From the human T2T-CHM13v2.0 reference genome, Homo sapiens: a stretch of 64,000 nucleotides of DNA. Numbering within the stretch: position 1 is the stretch's first letter; every line of letters begins with the position of its first letter. The notes under the pieces were generated by a model that was not told the origin of the DNA, made no database searches, and saw only the letters and a list, made by a program, of their open reading frames with translations. A program made the translations under genes and the position numbers. The DNA lies in the NCBI RefSeq assembly GCF_009914755.1, contig NC_060938.1. One strand, written 5' to 3'. Below, one piece after another: positions 1 through 9,508 of the stretch.

Positions 1-38
1 ATTCAGAGGACAGGACAGAACACTTGGACAAGTGAATC

Positions 39-69
<31 letters not shown>

Positions 70-177
70 CATTGGTTGGTTGATTTCCATTTTCTTAAGG
101 GGCACATACCTCACACCGCACACACACAAACACACACACGCACACACACACACACACGCACACACACGCACACACAC
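39..177 (+). repeat. (TCTG)n and interrupted (CA)n microsatellites in the leader of each unit
   Basis: Visible directly; TCTG count varies between units. Confidence 0.9.
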
Positions 178-238
178 TCCTTCCTTCTGCGAGTTAGAAC
201 ATTAGTAGGGGCCCCTGGGAGCTGCAGGTTTCCTAAAC

Positions 239-3220
239 ATGTCTGCACCTAAGAACAGTAGGGTCTTGTCTGGCTCTTCTTATGAACGGTCCCCCAGCCC
301 GGACTCCCCAAGGTCCATGCGAGCCTCACCCAGCTTCTCCCTCTCCCCTCTCAGAAACTCAGGCTTAAGGGGAAGCTCCTCACCAGGGATCGGGAGCTAC
401 CATTCACCATCCCCTAGGGCTTCACCACACTCACCTCTGTCATCACCAGAATCCCACAAGCTCCCATTTCCCTGTCCTCACCGTGATGGGCAATCAATAA
501 AGCCATTGGGCTCTCCCGTGTCCTCCTCTGAGGAATCCTCAGAGTCCCCACGTTCATCAATAATATACCACATGTTCTTACTGCCATCACCCAGCAGCTC
601 ACCCCCAGCTCTCGGGGGGTCTCCTGTGTCTCCCAGCTACTCTCCAAACAACCCCAGATTTCAGCTGCAGTCAGCCCCCCACAACAAGGAATCACCTACA
701 AACTCACGAGCCTCACGATGCTCCACCCCCTTGTCTTTCATCTCTTCACCCCCAGGCGTCAGGGTCTCTCCTGTGGCTCCCAGTTAGTCTCCAGCCATCC
801 GCAGGTTCCTGCGGGAGTCAGCCCCATGCACCCAGGAGTCCCCCAGAGACTCACAGGTCTCGGGAGAAAGTGAGCGGTCCCCCAGCCCTGACTCCTCAAG
901 ATTCATGCCTGCCTCACCCAGCTTCTCCCTCTCCCCTCCCAGAAACTCAGACCCAAGGGGCAGCTCCTCACCAGGGATGTGGAAGTCCTCTACATCATCC
1001 CGCAGGGCTTCACCACTCTCACATCCGTCATCAACAGAGTTCCACAACTTTACGTTTCCCTTTCCTAACCAAGCAGGACAATCACTCATGTCATTGTGTT
1101 CTCCCGTGACCTCCTCTGGAGATTCTTCACAGTCACCTCATTCATCAATAATATACCATATGTTCTTACTGCCATCATCCAGCAGCTCACCCCCAGCCAC
1201 CCATGACTCTCCTGTCTGTCCCAGCTACTCTCCAACTACGCCCAGATTTCAGCGGGAGTCTGTACCCCACACCCCAGAAACACCTACAAACTCACAGACC
1301 TCAGTGAGATCCTCGCCAGTCTCTCTCACGTCTTCACCCCCAGCCCTTACGGACCCTCCAGTCTGTCCCAGCTACTCTCCAACCACGCCCACATTTCAGC
1401 GCGGGTCAGTTCCAGGAACCCAGGGATCACCACCAAGCCCACCGCTTTCACTGAGTTACTCCCCAGTCTCTAGCACGTCTTTATCTCCAACCCTCAGGGA
1501 CTCGCCTGTCTGTCCCAGCTACTCTCCAAACACGCCCACACTTCAGCGGGAGTCCGTTGCAGGCACCCAGAAGTCACCACCAAACTCACCAATTTCACTG
1601 CGTTACTCCCCAGTCTCTCTCATGTCTTCACCATCCCTCAGGGACTCTCCCGTCTGTCCCAGCTACTCTCCAACCACGCCCACATTTCAGCTGGAGTCAG
1701 TTCCAGGCACCCCGGAATCACCACCAAACTCACCAATTTCACTCAGTTACTCCCCAGTCTCTAGCACGTCTTTATCTCCAACCCTCAGGGACTCTCCTGT
1801 GTGTCCCAGCTACTCTCCAACCACGCCCACACTTCAGCGGGAGTCAGTTCCAGGCACCCAGGAATCACCACCAAACTCACCAATTTCACTCAATTACTCT
1901 CCAGTCTCTCTCGTGTCTTCACCAGCCCTCAGGGACTCTCCTGTCTGTCCCAGCTACTCTACAACCACGCCCACATTTCAGCTGGAGTCAGTTCCAGGCA
2001 CCCCGGAGTCACCACCAAACTCACCAGTTTCACTCAGTTACTCCCCGGTCTCTCTCATGTCTTCACCCCCAGCCCTCAGGGACTCTCCTGTGCGTCCCAG
2101 CTACTCTCCAACCATGCCCAGATTCCAGCGGGAGTCAGTTCCAGGCACCCATGTATCACCACCAAACTCAGCAGTTTCACTGAGTTACTCCCCAGTCTCT
2201 CTCATGTCTTCACCCCCAGACCCCTGGGACTCTCCTGTCTGTCCCAGCTACTCTCCCACCACGCCCAGATTTCAGCAGCAGTCAGCCTCCCACACTCCGG
2301 AATCAGATACAGACTCACAGACTTCACTGAACTCCTCCCTGGTCTCTCTCAGGTCTTTGCCCTCATCCCACAGGGACTCTTGTGTCTCTTTCAGCTACTC
2401 TCAAAACTTCTCTAGATTCCAGCTGGAGTCAGTTCCAGGCACCCACGATACACCACCGAACTCACGAATTTCACTGACTTACGCCCCAGTCTCCCTCATG
2501 TTCTCACCCCCAGCCCTCAGGGACTCTTCTGTCTCTCTCAGCTACTCTCCAACCATCTCCAGATTTCACCTGGAGTCAGCTTCCCACACCCTGGAATCAC
2601 CTGCAAACTCACGGACCTTACTGCAACCATCCCCCATTTCTTTCACCTCTTCACCCCCTGCCTTCAGGGACTCTCCTGGGTCTCCCAGCTTCTCTCCAGC
2701 CTTCCCCAGATTTCTGCCACAGTCAGCCCCAGGCACCCAGGACAACCCTAGACACTCACAGGCCTCACCAGACTATCTCCCTATGACCTGTACCTATACA
2801 GGGATGGCTCCCACGCATCCCTCAGTGACCCCAAACCCATCTCCACTTACACTCAGGCACTCCCAGGGCCTGACAGCTACTCCCCGTTATTGTCCTTCAG
2901 TTCGAAGCCCTGGCCAATCTACTAGCCCACATGACGCAGTTACCTGGCCATTTCTCCACGGTTCCCGGGAGGGCCCCACACCCAGCCGCACAAGAGCCCC
3001 TCCTGCATTCCGTCCTCACACGCAGGCCTGTCCATCTACTTGCTACTGTCACACTCTTGCCAGCAGAAGAGGCCCCTGTAATGGCCGATATCACCACCCA
3101 GTCTATCCTCACCCCACAGCTGTGCAGCGGGAACCCCCTGCTGGCCCACGTGGCTGCCACAGCCCATGCTGGCACGACGCTCCAGCAGGTCGGCGTCCCT
3201 GCGGGCCAAACTACCGGTGA
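239..3220 (+). pseudogene. Copy 1 of Ser/Pro-rich YSPTTP-repeat ORF, nonsense at codon 183 (182 aa; downstream 771-aa ORF from 905)
   Basis: Same 2982-bp span as intact copies; TAC>TAG at 785-787. Confidence 0.7.
600..2780 (+). repeat. ACRO1-like 147-bp repeat inside the ORF (recurs in every unit)
   Basis: The 'a' of ccAgctactctcc falls at 635, 782, 1223, 1370, 1517, 1661, 1808, 1952, 2099, 2246, 2393, 2540 and 2687; consecutive monomers are 147 or 144 bp apart, except the 441-bp gap 782-1223. 147 bp is the ACRO1 monomer size. Confidence 0.85.
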
Positions 3221-3429
3221 CATGTCTAGCGTCACCCTCCTTCCTGGCAGTGACACTGTTGATGTGAACCCCAATTTCACATCTGTCATTTGTAAATAGG
3301 ACCATTTTCCCTTTTCGCTCTCCCTTCCATTCACAGGGCTTTTCATTCTCTCTGTTACTGCCTCCGTTTCAGATATTTACTCACCTTTTTCTCTCTCACT
3401 ATGTCTGCCGTGGGCTCCATGAGAGTGCG

Positions 3430-3762
3430 CCACATAAGATTCCCCCATTAAAAGTCATGAATTGAGTGGCTTTTAGTATACCTGTGGTTGTGCACATTCA
3501 AATTTAATTCGCATTTCATTGTAGAACGTCTTATCACTCCCGGCCAGAGAAAAACCCTGTAGACATTAGTCACTCCTCATTCTGTCTCAAACCCTCTCCC
3601 TCACCCGCAGCCCTAGGTAGCAACTACCTAGTGCGATCAATCCCATATGCATAGATTACCATATTGTGGACATTTCCTATAAGCGGAATTGCACAATAGG
3701 GGAGCTGTTATGACTGACATAACACGTAACACAATATTTTCAAGATTCGTCCACATTGTAGG
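3430..3762 (-). mobile_element. Old L1 (L1MB-like) 3' fragment, units 1-6
   Basis: Resembles antisense L1MB 3' end (gtggcttttagtata...ggacatttcctataagcggaat...ttttcaagattcgtccacattgtag). Confidence 0.7.
3447..3452 (+). terminator. Putative polyadenylation signal ATTAAA (present in units 1-6)
   Basis: About 227 nt after the stop codon, followed by a T/GT-rich tract (ggcttttagtatacctgtggttgtg). Confidence 0.4.
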
Positions 3763-3814
3763 CTTACCCACAGGGGGAAACCATTTTTTTGGGGGCTTTT
3801 AGTAACACCGGTGT

Positions 3815-3940
3815 TTTCTCCTTCGTTACGTCCTTCTTTCCTTCCTTCCTTCCTTCCTTCCTTCCTTCCTTCCTGACTTCCTTCTTTCCTTCCCTCCTTC
3901 CTCCTATTTCTCTCTTACTCCTTCTGCCCTCTCTCTTTCC
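3815..3940 (+). repeat. (TTCC)n polypyrimidine tract of variable length, units 1-6
   Basis: Visible directly. Confidence 0.9.
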
Positions 3941-4127
3941 TATGCCTTAGGTGCATCCCACATTCTGCGTTTTTTTGGGGAAATCCTCGACAGGTGCAGG
4001 AAAATTGTGTTATTGTAACTATTTACCGTTATCTCTCTTTCACGGCTCTCCATCAGTTGTGAATATCTATTGGTTTATCCCAAGTCTCTAAGCATATTTT
4101 CATTAGGTAAACCTGTTTTTCCTTATA

Positions 4128-4260
4128 CAGCTGTTTCTGGAGTATAGGGTCGCATACTCATAAACCCAGTGTAACTCAGAAACGCATCTAATATTCCAGT
4201 AAACCCATCATAACGTTGAAAAATCGTAAATCAAACCATCATAAGTCACGGTTTGTCCGT
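4128..4260 (+). mobile_element. Short MER47/Tigger5-like DNA transposon remnant, units 1-6
   Basis: aaacccatcataacgttgaaaaatcgtaaatcaaaccatcataagtc resembles MER47 termini. Confidence 0.5.
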
Positions 4261-4639
4261 GGATATGGGCCTCATCAATTCCATTGTATTCAGTAATGCT
4301 GTACACCATTAACAATGGCAGACTGATTGGGAGTGGATATTGATAGCATTATAAAAGTCAGTTATTAGAGGGATACTTCTTTAACCTGACTGAAGAACTG
4401 ATCTAATGGCTTTAGTACAGTGCATGATTATGTGCGATGTTTTGAGACAGAGTAGTACAATTGTGAATGAAATTTTATGGCTTTTTTTTCACTTAGTAGG
4501 AACCATTGTGTGTGGAAAAGTGAGAAAATGGCTTTCTGCTGTAGGGTCTGGCATTCATTGTAGATGTAAGCTGATTTTTCTGTGAGCAAATCTTATTCAA
4601 TAAAATACTACTCTTTATACTAAAAAACAAAAACAGTGG

Positions 4640-4975
4640 TGATGTGTGGTCATTATCCTCAGCAAACTTATCCAGGGAAAGAAAACCAAACGCCACAACT
4701 CACTTATAATGGGAGCTGAAAAATGAGATCCCATGGACACAGGAAGGGGAACAACACACACTGGGGCCTTCCGGGAGACAGAGCGTTAAGAAAAACAGCT
4801 ACTGCATGCTGGGCTTAATACCTAGGTGATGGGTTGACAGGTGCAGCAAACCACCATGGCACACGTTTACCTTAGTAACAAATCTGCACATCCTGCACAT
4901 ATACCCCAGAACTTAGGAACGAAACGAAACAAAAGACAACGAAAAAGCAACAGCAAAACGCTAAAGGCAAAATAA
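4640..4975 (+). mobile_element. L1PA (middle-aged) 3' UTR fragment with A-rich tail, units 1-6
   Basis: gggcttaatacctaggtgatgggttgacaggtgcagcaaaccaccatggcacacgtttacc...cagaactta. Confidence 0.85.
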
Positions 4976-5122
4976 AGTTTCAAACTGAGAAAGTGACAGA
5001 CCAAAGTCTGGTTCAAATCATGGATCCCAGCCCAGGTGCCATAAGGTCAGGATAAAGGATGTGATTACATATTGTCAATAAGACATGCAGCAAATGACCA
5101 GAATGATTATTCTCAACATATA

Positions 5123-5582
5123 TGTGTCTTCTAATTCAATGGTGACGCTATCTACCGGGACATAGCATTAGATTCCAAAGGGCCGAGACCCGCCAGACAG
5201 GCCTCCCACACTAATAACAATGGGAAGCCCTACGTTGCTTTACCTGTGCTTCTCAGCCACTGGCTATAAATCAGGTTGCCACCACTCCCAGATTTAGTTG
5301 CATTCATTTGCTGGAAGAGCTCACAGCACGCACGGAAACACTTACATTTGCCGTTGTATTTTAGCGGACATTGCACAAAGTTCAGAAATAAATGTGGGGC
5401 CCGGCATGTGGGGAGGGGCGCACTACCTTCCAGGAAGTGCTATCCAGAAGCTCTCTGAACCCAGTCCTTTTGGGTTTTGATGGAGACCTCATTCTATAGG
5501 CATGATGGGTTAAACCATAGGCTATTGGTGATCAACTCCACCTGGGGCTCTCCACCCTCCCTGGAAATTGGGGTTGAGGCTT
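5123..5582 (-). mobile_element. MER21-family LTR fragment, units 1-6
   Basis: ttacctgtgcttct...ggctataaatc, gctatccagaagctctctgaaccc and attggtgatcaact match the reverse strand of MER21. Confidence 0.75.
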
Positions 5583-6169
5583 TGCCATCCTCAGTCTGAC
5601 TAAAAGAATTTACCCAAACGGAATTTTAAAACAGATGAGCATAACTGGAATCTTAATTAGATGATTGGATTATCTGGAGCCACACCTTGATATTCCTAAC
5701 CCGAGCACCCTCATCCAACGAATGCTCCACCCAACTGGCTCCCAAGTCTCTACGTGGTTCCAGAGCAAAAGGATGTTGATACAACGCATATCTCCACCTT
5801 TTCTTCCAAGTCTTTTCGCTTACACGGAAAGACTTCTTCAACTGCCATGCATCAGGGTCAGGGGGAGGTCTTGTTACAACACAGATCTGCGGATCTCCGG
5901 CGTTTGACTGTGGCAAGGATGCTGCTGGTGTCAAAACCACAACGTGGGAACCACAGAACCACTAGTGGGTTTTCAGTGTTTCAGTGCATACAATTCCTAA
6001 TATATCTGGCTAAGAAAACTTGTAAGTTCTTAGATTGTCCCAAAGGTGGCGCACGAAATCAAAGCAGGAGAACAGTTTCCTACGAGGTGTAGCCTGGGAA
6101 AGTTGGGGGTGACTGATGGAAAGGAGGAGTGAAGCTCCACCCTTTCCGCTGCTAGGCTGCGCCCGAGGC

Positions 6170-6205
6170 TATTTAAACCCACCCTGGCTGGCCTGTACTC
6201 AGATC
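6170..6205 (+). promoter_or_regulatory. Putative core promoter: TATTTAAA (6170-6177) and Inr TCA+1GATC (A at 6201). TATA also at 24999, 31286, 37577; variant AATTTAAA at 12446, 18722
   Basis: TATA starts 31 nt before a YYANWYY match; CACCC/GC box upstream; CpG-rich first ~100 nt of the leader. Confidence 0.6.
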
Positions 6206-6326
6206 TTCGCGGAGCGGATCAGCGGCCGGAGCGTTTGGCGGACTCTGCGTGGACATGGAGCTCACAGCGTCTTGCGACTTGGAAGCGGATTCAGAGGACA
6301 GGACAGAACACTTGGACAAGTGAATC

Positions 6327-6357
<31 letters not shown>

Positions 6358-6526
6358 CATTGGTTGGTTGATTTCCATTTTCTTAAGGGGCACATACCTC
6401 ACACCGCACACACACAAACACACACACGCACACACACACACACACGCACACACACGCACACACACTCCTTCCTTCTGCGAGTTAGAACATTAGTAGGGGC
6501 CCCTGGGAGCTGCAGGTTTCCTAAAC

Positions 6527-9508
6527 ATGTCTGCACCTAAGAACAGTAGGGTCTTGTCTGGCTCTTCTTATGAACGGTCCCCCAGCCCGGACTCCCCAAG
6601 GTCCATGCGAGCCTCACCCAGCTTCTCCCTCTCCCCTCTCAGAAACTCAGGCTTAAGGGGAAGCTCCTCACCAGGGATCGGGAGCTACCATTCACCATCC
6701 CCTAGGGCTTCACCACACTCACCTCTGTCATCACCAGAATCCCACAAGCTCCCATTTCCCTGTCCTCACCGTGATGGGCAATCAATAAAGCCATTGGGCT
6801 CTCCCGTGTCCTCCTCTGAGGAATCCTCAGAGTCCCCACGTTCATCAATAATATACCACATGTTCTTACTGCCATCACCCAGCAGCTCACCCCCAGCTCT
6901 CGGGGGGTCTCCTGTGTCTCCCAGCTACTCTCCAAACAACCCCAGATTTCAGCTGCGGTCAGCCCCCCACACCAAGGAATCACCTACAAACTCACGAGCC
7001 TCACTTTTCTCCACCCCTGTGTCTTTCATCTCTTCACCCCCAGGCCTCAGGGACCCTCCTGTGGCTCCCAGTTACTCTCCAGCCATCCCCAGGTTCCTGC
7101 GCGAGTCAGCCCCATACACCCAGGAGTCCCCCAGAGACTCACAGGTCTTGGGAGATTATGAGCGGTCCCTCAGCCCTGACTCCTCAAGATTCATGCCTGC
7201 CTCACCCAGCTTCTCCCTCTCCCCTCCAAGAAACTCAGACCCAAGGGGCAGCTCCTCACCAGGGATGTGGAAGTCCTCTACATCATCCCGCAGGGCTTCA
7301 CCACTCTCACATCCGTCATCAACAGAATTCCACAACTTTACGTTTCCCTTTCCTAACCAAGCAGGACAGTCACTCATGTCATTGTGTTCTCCCGTGACCT
7401 CCTCTGGAGATTCTTCACAGTCACCTCATTCATCAATGATATACCATATGTTCTTACTGCCATCATCCAGCAGCTCACCCCCAGCCACCCATGACTCTCC
7501 TGTCTGTCCCAGCTACTCTCCAACTACGCCCAGATTTCAGCGGGAGTCTCTACCCCACACCCCAGAAACACCTACAAACTCACAGACCTCAGTGAGATCC
7601 TCGCCAGTCTCTCTCACGTCTTCACCCCCAGCCCTTACGGACCCTCCAGTCTGTCCCAGCTACTCTCCAACCACGCCCACATTTCAGCGCGGGTCAGTTC
7701 CAGGAACCCAGGGATCACCACCAAGCCCACCGCTTTCACTGAGTTACTCCCCAGTCTCTAGCACGTCTTTATCTCCAACCCTCAGGGACTCGCCTGTCTG
7801 TCCCAGCTACTCTCCAAACACGCCCACACTTCAGCGGGAGTCCGTTGCAGGCACCCAGAAGTCACCACCAAACTCACCAATTTCACTGCGTTACTCCCCA
7901 GTCTCTCTCATGTCTTCACCATCCCTCAGGGACTCTCCCGTCTGTCCCAGCTACTCTCCAACCACGCCCACATTTCAGCTGGAGTCAGTTCCAGGCACCC
8001 CGGAATCACCACCAAACTCACCAATTTCACTCAGTTACTCCCCAGTCTCTAGCACGTCTTTATCTCCAACCCTCAGGGACTCTCCTGTGTGTCCCAGCTA
8101 CTCTCCAACCACGCCCACACTTCAGCGGGAGTCAGTTCCAGGCACCCAGGAATCACCACCAAACTCACCAATTTCACTCAATTACTCTCCAGTCTCTCTC
8201 GTGTCTTCACCAGCCCTCAGGGACTCTCCTGTCTGTCCCAGCTACTCTACAACCACGCCCACATTTCAGCTGGAGTCAGTTCCAGGCACCCCGGAGTCAC
8301 CACCAAACTCACCAGTTTCACTCAGTTACTCCTCGGTCTCTCTCATGTCTTCACCCCCAGCCCTCAGGGACTCTCCTGTGCGTCCCAGCTACTCTCCAAC
8401 CATGCCCAGATTCCAGCGGGAGTCAGTTCCAGGCACCCATGTATCACCACCAAACTCAGCAGTTTCACTGAGTTACTCCCCAGTCTCTCTCATGTCTTCA
8501 CCCCCAGACCCCTGGGACTCTCCTGTCTGTCCCAGCTACTCTCCCACCACGCCCAGATTTCAGCGGCAGTCAGCCTCCCACACTCCGGAATCAGATACAG
8601 ACTCACAGACTTCACTGAACTCCTCCCTGGTCTCTCTCAGGTCTTTGCCCTCATCCCACAGGGACTCTTGTGTCTCTTTCAGCTACTCTCAAAACTTCTC
8701 TAGATTCCAGCTGGAGTCAGTTCCAGGCACCCACGATACACCACCGAACTCACGAATTTCACTGACTTACGCCCCAGTCTCCCTCATGTTCTCACCCCCA
8801 GCCCTCAGGGACTCTTCTGTCTCTCTCAGCTACTCTCCAACCATCTCCAGATTTCACCTGGAGTCAGCTTCCCACACCCTGGAATCACCTGCAAACTCAC
8901 GGACCTTACTGCAACCATCCCCCATTTCTTTCACCTCTTCACCCCCTGCCTTCAGGGACTCTCCTGGGTCTCCCAGCTTCTCTCCAGCCTTCCCCAGATT
9001 TCTGCCACAGTCAGCCCCAGGCACCCAGGACAACCCTAGACACTCACAGGCCTCACCAGACTATCTCCCTATGACCTGTACCTATACAGGGATGGCTCCC
9101 ACGCATCCCTCAGTGACCCCAAACCCATCTCCACTTACACTCAGGCACTCCCAGGGCCTGACAGCTACTCCCCGTTATTGTCCTTCAGTTCGAAGCCCTG
9201 GCCAATCTACTAGCCCACATGACGCAGTTACCTGGCCATTTCTCCACGGTTCCCGGGAGGGCCCCACACCCAGCCGCACAAGAGCCCCTCCTGCATTCCG
9301 TCCTCACACGCAGGCCTGTCCATCTACTTGCTACTGTCACACTCTTGCCAGCAGAAGAGGCCCCTGTAATGGCCGATATCACCACCCAGTCTATCCTCAC
9401 CCCACAGCTGTGCAGCGGGAACCCCCTGCTGGCCCACGTGGCTGCCACAGCCCATGCTGGCACGACGCTCCAGCAGGTCGGCGTCCCTGCGGGTCAAACT
9501 ACCGGTGA
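6527..9508 (+). CDS. Copy 2: intact 993-aa Ser/Pro-rich repeat protein with CTD-like PSYSPTTP motifs (putative)
   Basis: Uninterrupted ORF; AAACATGT start has A at -3; upstream TATA/Inr; downstream ATTAAA. Translation not demonstrated. Confidence 0.55.
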   Translation: MSAPKNSRVLSGSSYERSPSPDSPRSMRASPSFSLSPLRNSGLRGSSSPGIGSYHSPSPRASPHSPLSSPESHKLPFPCPHRDGQSIKPLGSPVSSSEESSESPRSSIIYHMFLLPSPSSSPPALGGSPVSPSYSPNNPRFQLRSAPHTKESPTNSRASLFSTPVSFISSPPGLRDPPVAPSYSPAIPRFLRESAPYTQESPRDSQVLGDYERSLSPDSSRFMPASPSFSLSPPRNSDPRGSSSPGMWKSSTSSRRASPLSHPSSTEFHNFTFPFPNQAGQSLMSLCSPVTSSGDSSQSPHSSMIYHMFLLPSSSSSPPATHDSPVCPSYSPTTPRFQRESLPHTPETPTNSQTSVRSSPVSLTSSPPALTDPPVCPSYSPTTPTFQRGSVPGTQGSPPSPPLSLSYSPVSSTSLSPTLRDSPVCPSYSPNTPTLQRESVAGTQKSPPNSPISLRYSPVSLMSSPSLRDSPVCPSYSPTTPTFQLESVPGTPESPPNSPISLSYSPVSSTSLSPTLRDSPVCPSYSPTTPTLQRESVPGTQESPPNSPISLNYSPVSLVSSPALRDSPVCPSYSTTTPTFQLESVPGTPESPPNSPVSLSYSSVSLMSSPPALRDSPVRPSYSPTMPRFQRESVPGTHVSPPNSAVSLSYSPVSLMSSPPDPWDSPVCPSYSPTTPRFQRQSASHTPESDTDSQTSLNSSLVSLRSLPSSHRDSCVSFSYSQNFSRFQLESVPGTHDTPPNSRISLTYAPVSLMFSPPALRDSSVSLSYSPTISRFHLESASHTLESPANSRTLLQPSPISFTSSPPAFRDSPGSPSFSPAFPRFLPQSAPGTQDNPRHSQASPDYLPMTCTYTGMAPTHPSVTPNPSPLTLRHSQGLTATPRYCPSVRSPGQSTSPHDAVTWPFLHGSREGPTPSRTRAPPAFRPHTQACPSTCYCHTLASRRGPCNGRYHHPVYPHPTAVQREPPAGPRGCHSPCWHDAPAGRRPCGSNYR

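Noticed and set aside
600-2780. CRISPR-like array
   Set aside because: The whole monomer repeats with no unique spacers, there are no cas genes, and the context is primate DNA.
600-2780. 147-bp period as a nucleosome-positioning device
   Set aside because: It equals the core length but leaves no linker, 144-bp variants exist, and 49 codons explains the period equally well. Nothing else supports it.
5263-5270. ctataaat as the promoter of the array ORF
   Set aside because: It lies within the MER21 remnant ~1.25 kb upstream with many intervening ATGs. The TATA/Inr pair at 6170-6205 fits better.
3221-6526. Short ORFs (60-125 aa) in the spacer and ORFs antisense to the main ORF
   Set aside because: Many start at non-ATG codons, overlap TE fragments or microsatellites, and change between units. 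Recurrence simply reflects the tandem duplication.
6527-9508. RNA polymerase II largest subunit (POLR2A) gene or retrocopy
   Set aside because: No catalytic domains or NADFDGD motif, and the YSP motifs are not contiguous heptads. The similarity is motif-level only.
6527-9508. Mucin or extensin-like secreted protein
   Set aside because: No signal peptide or transmembrane segment is visible.
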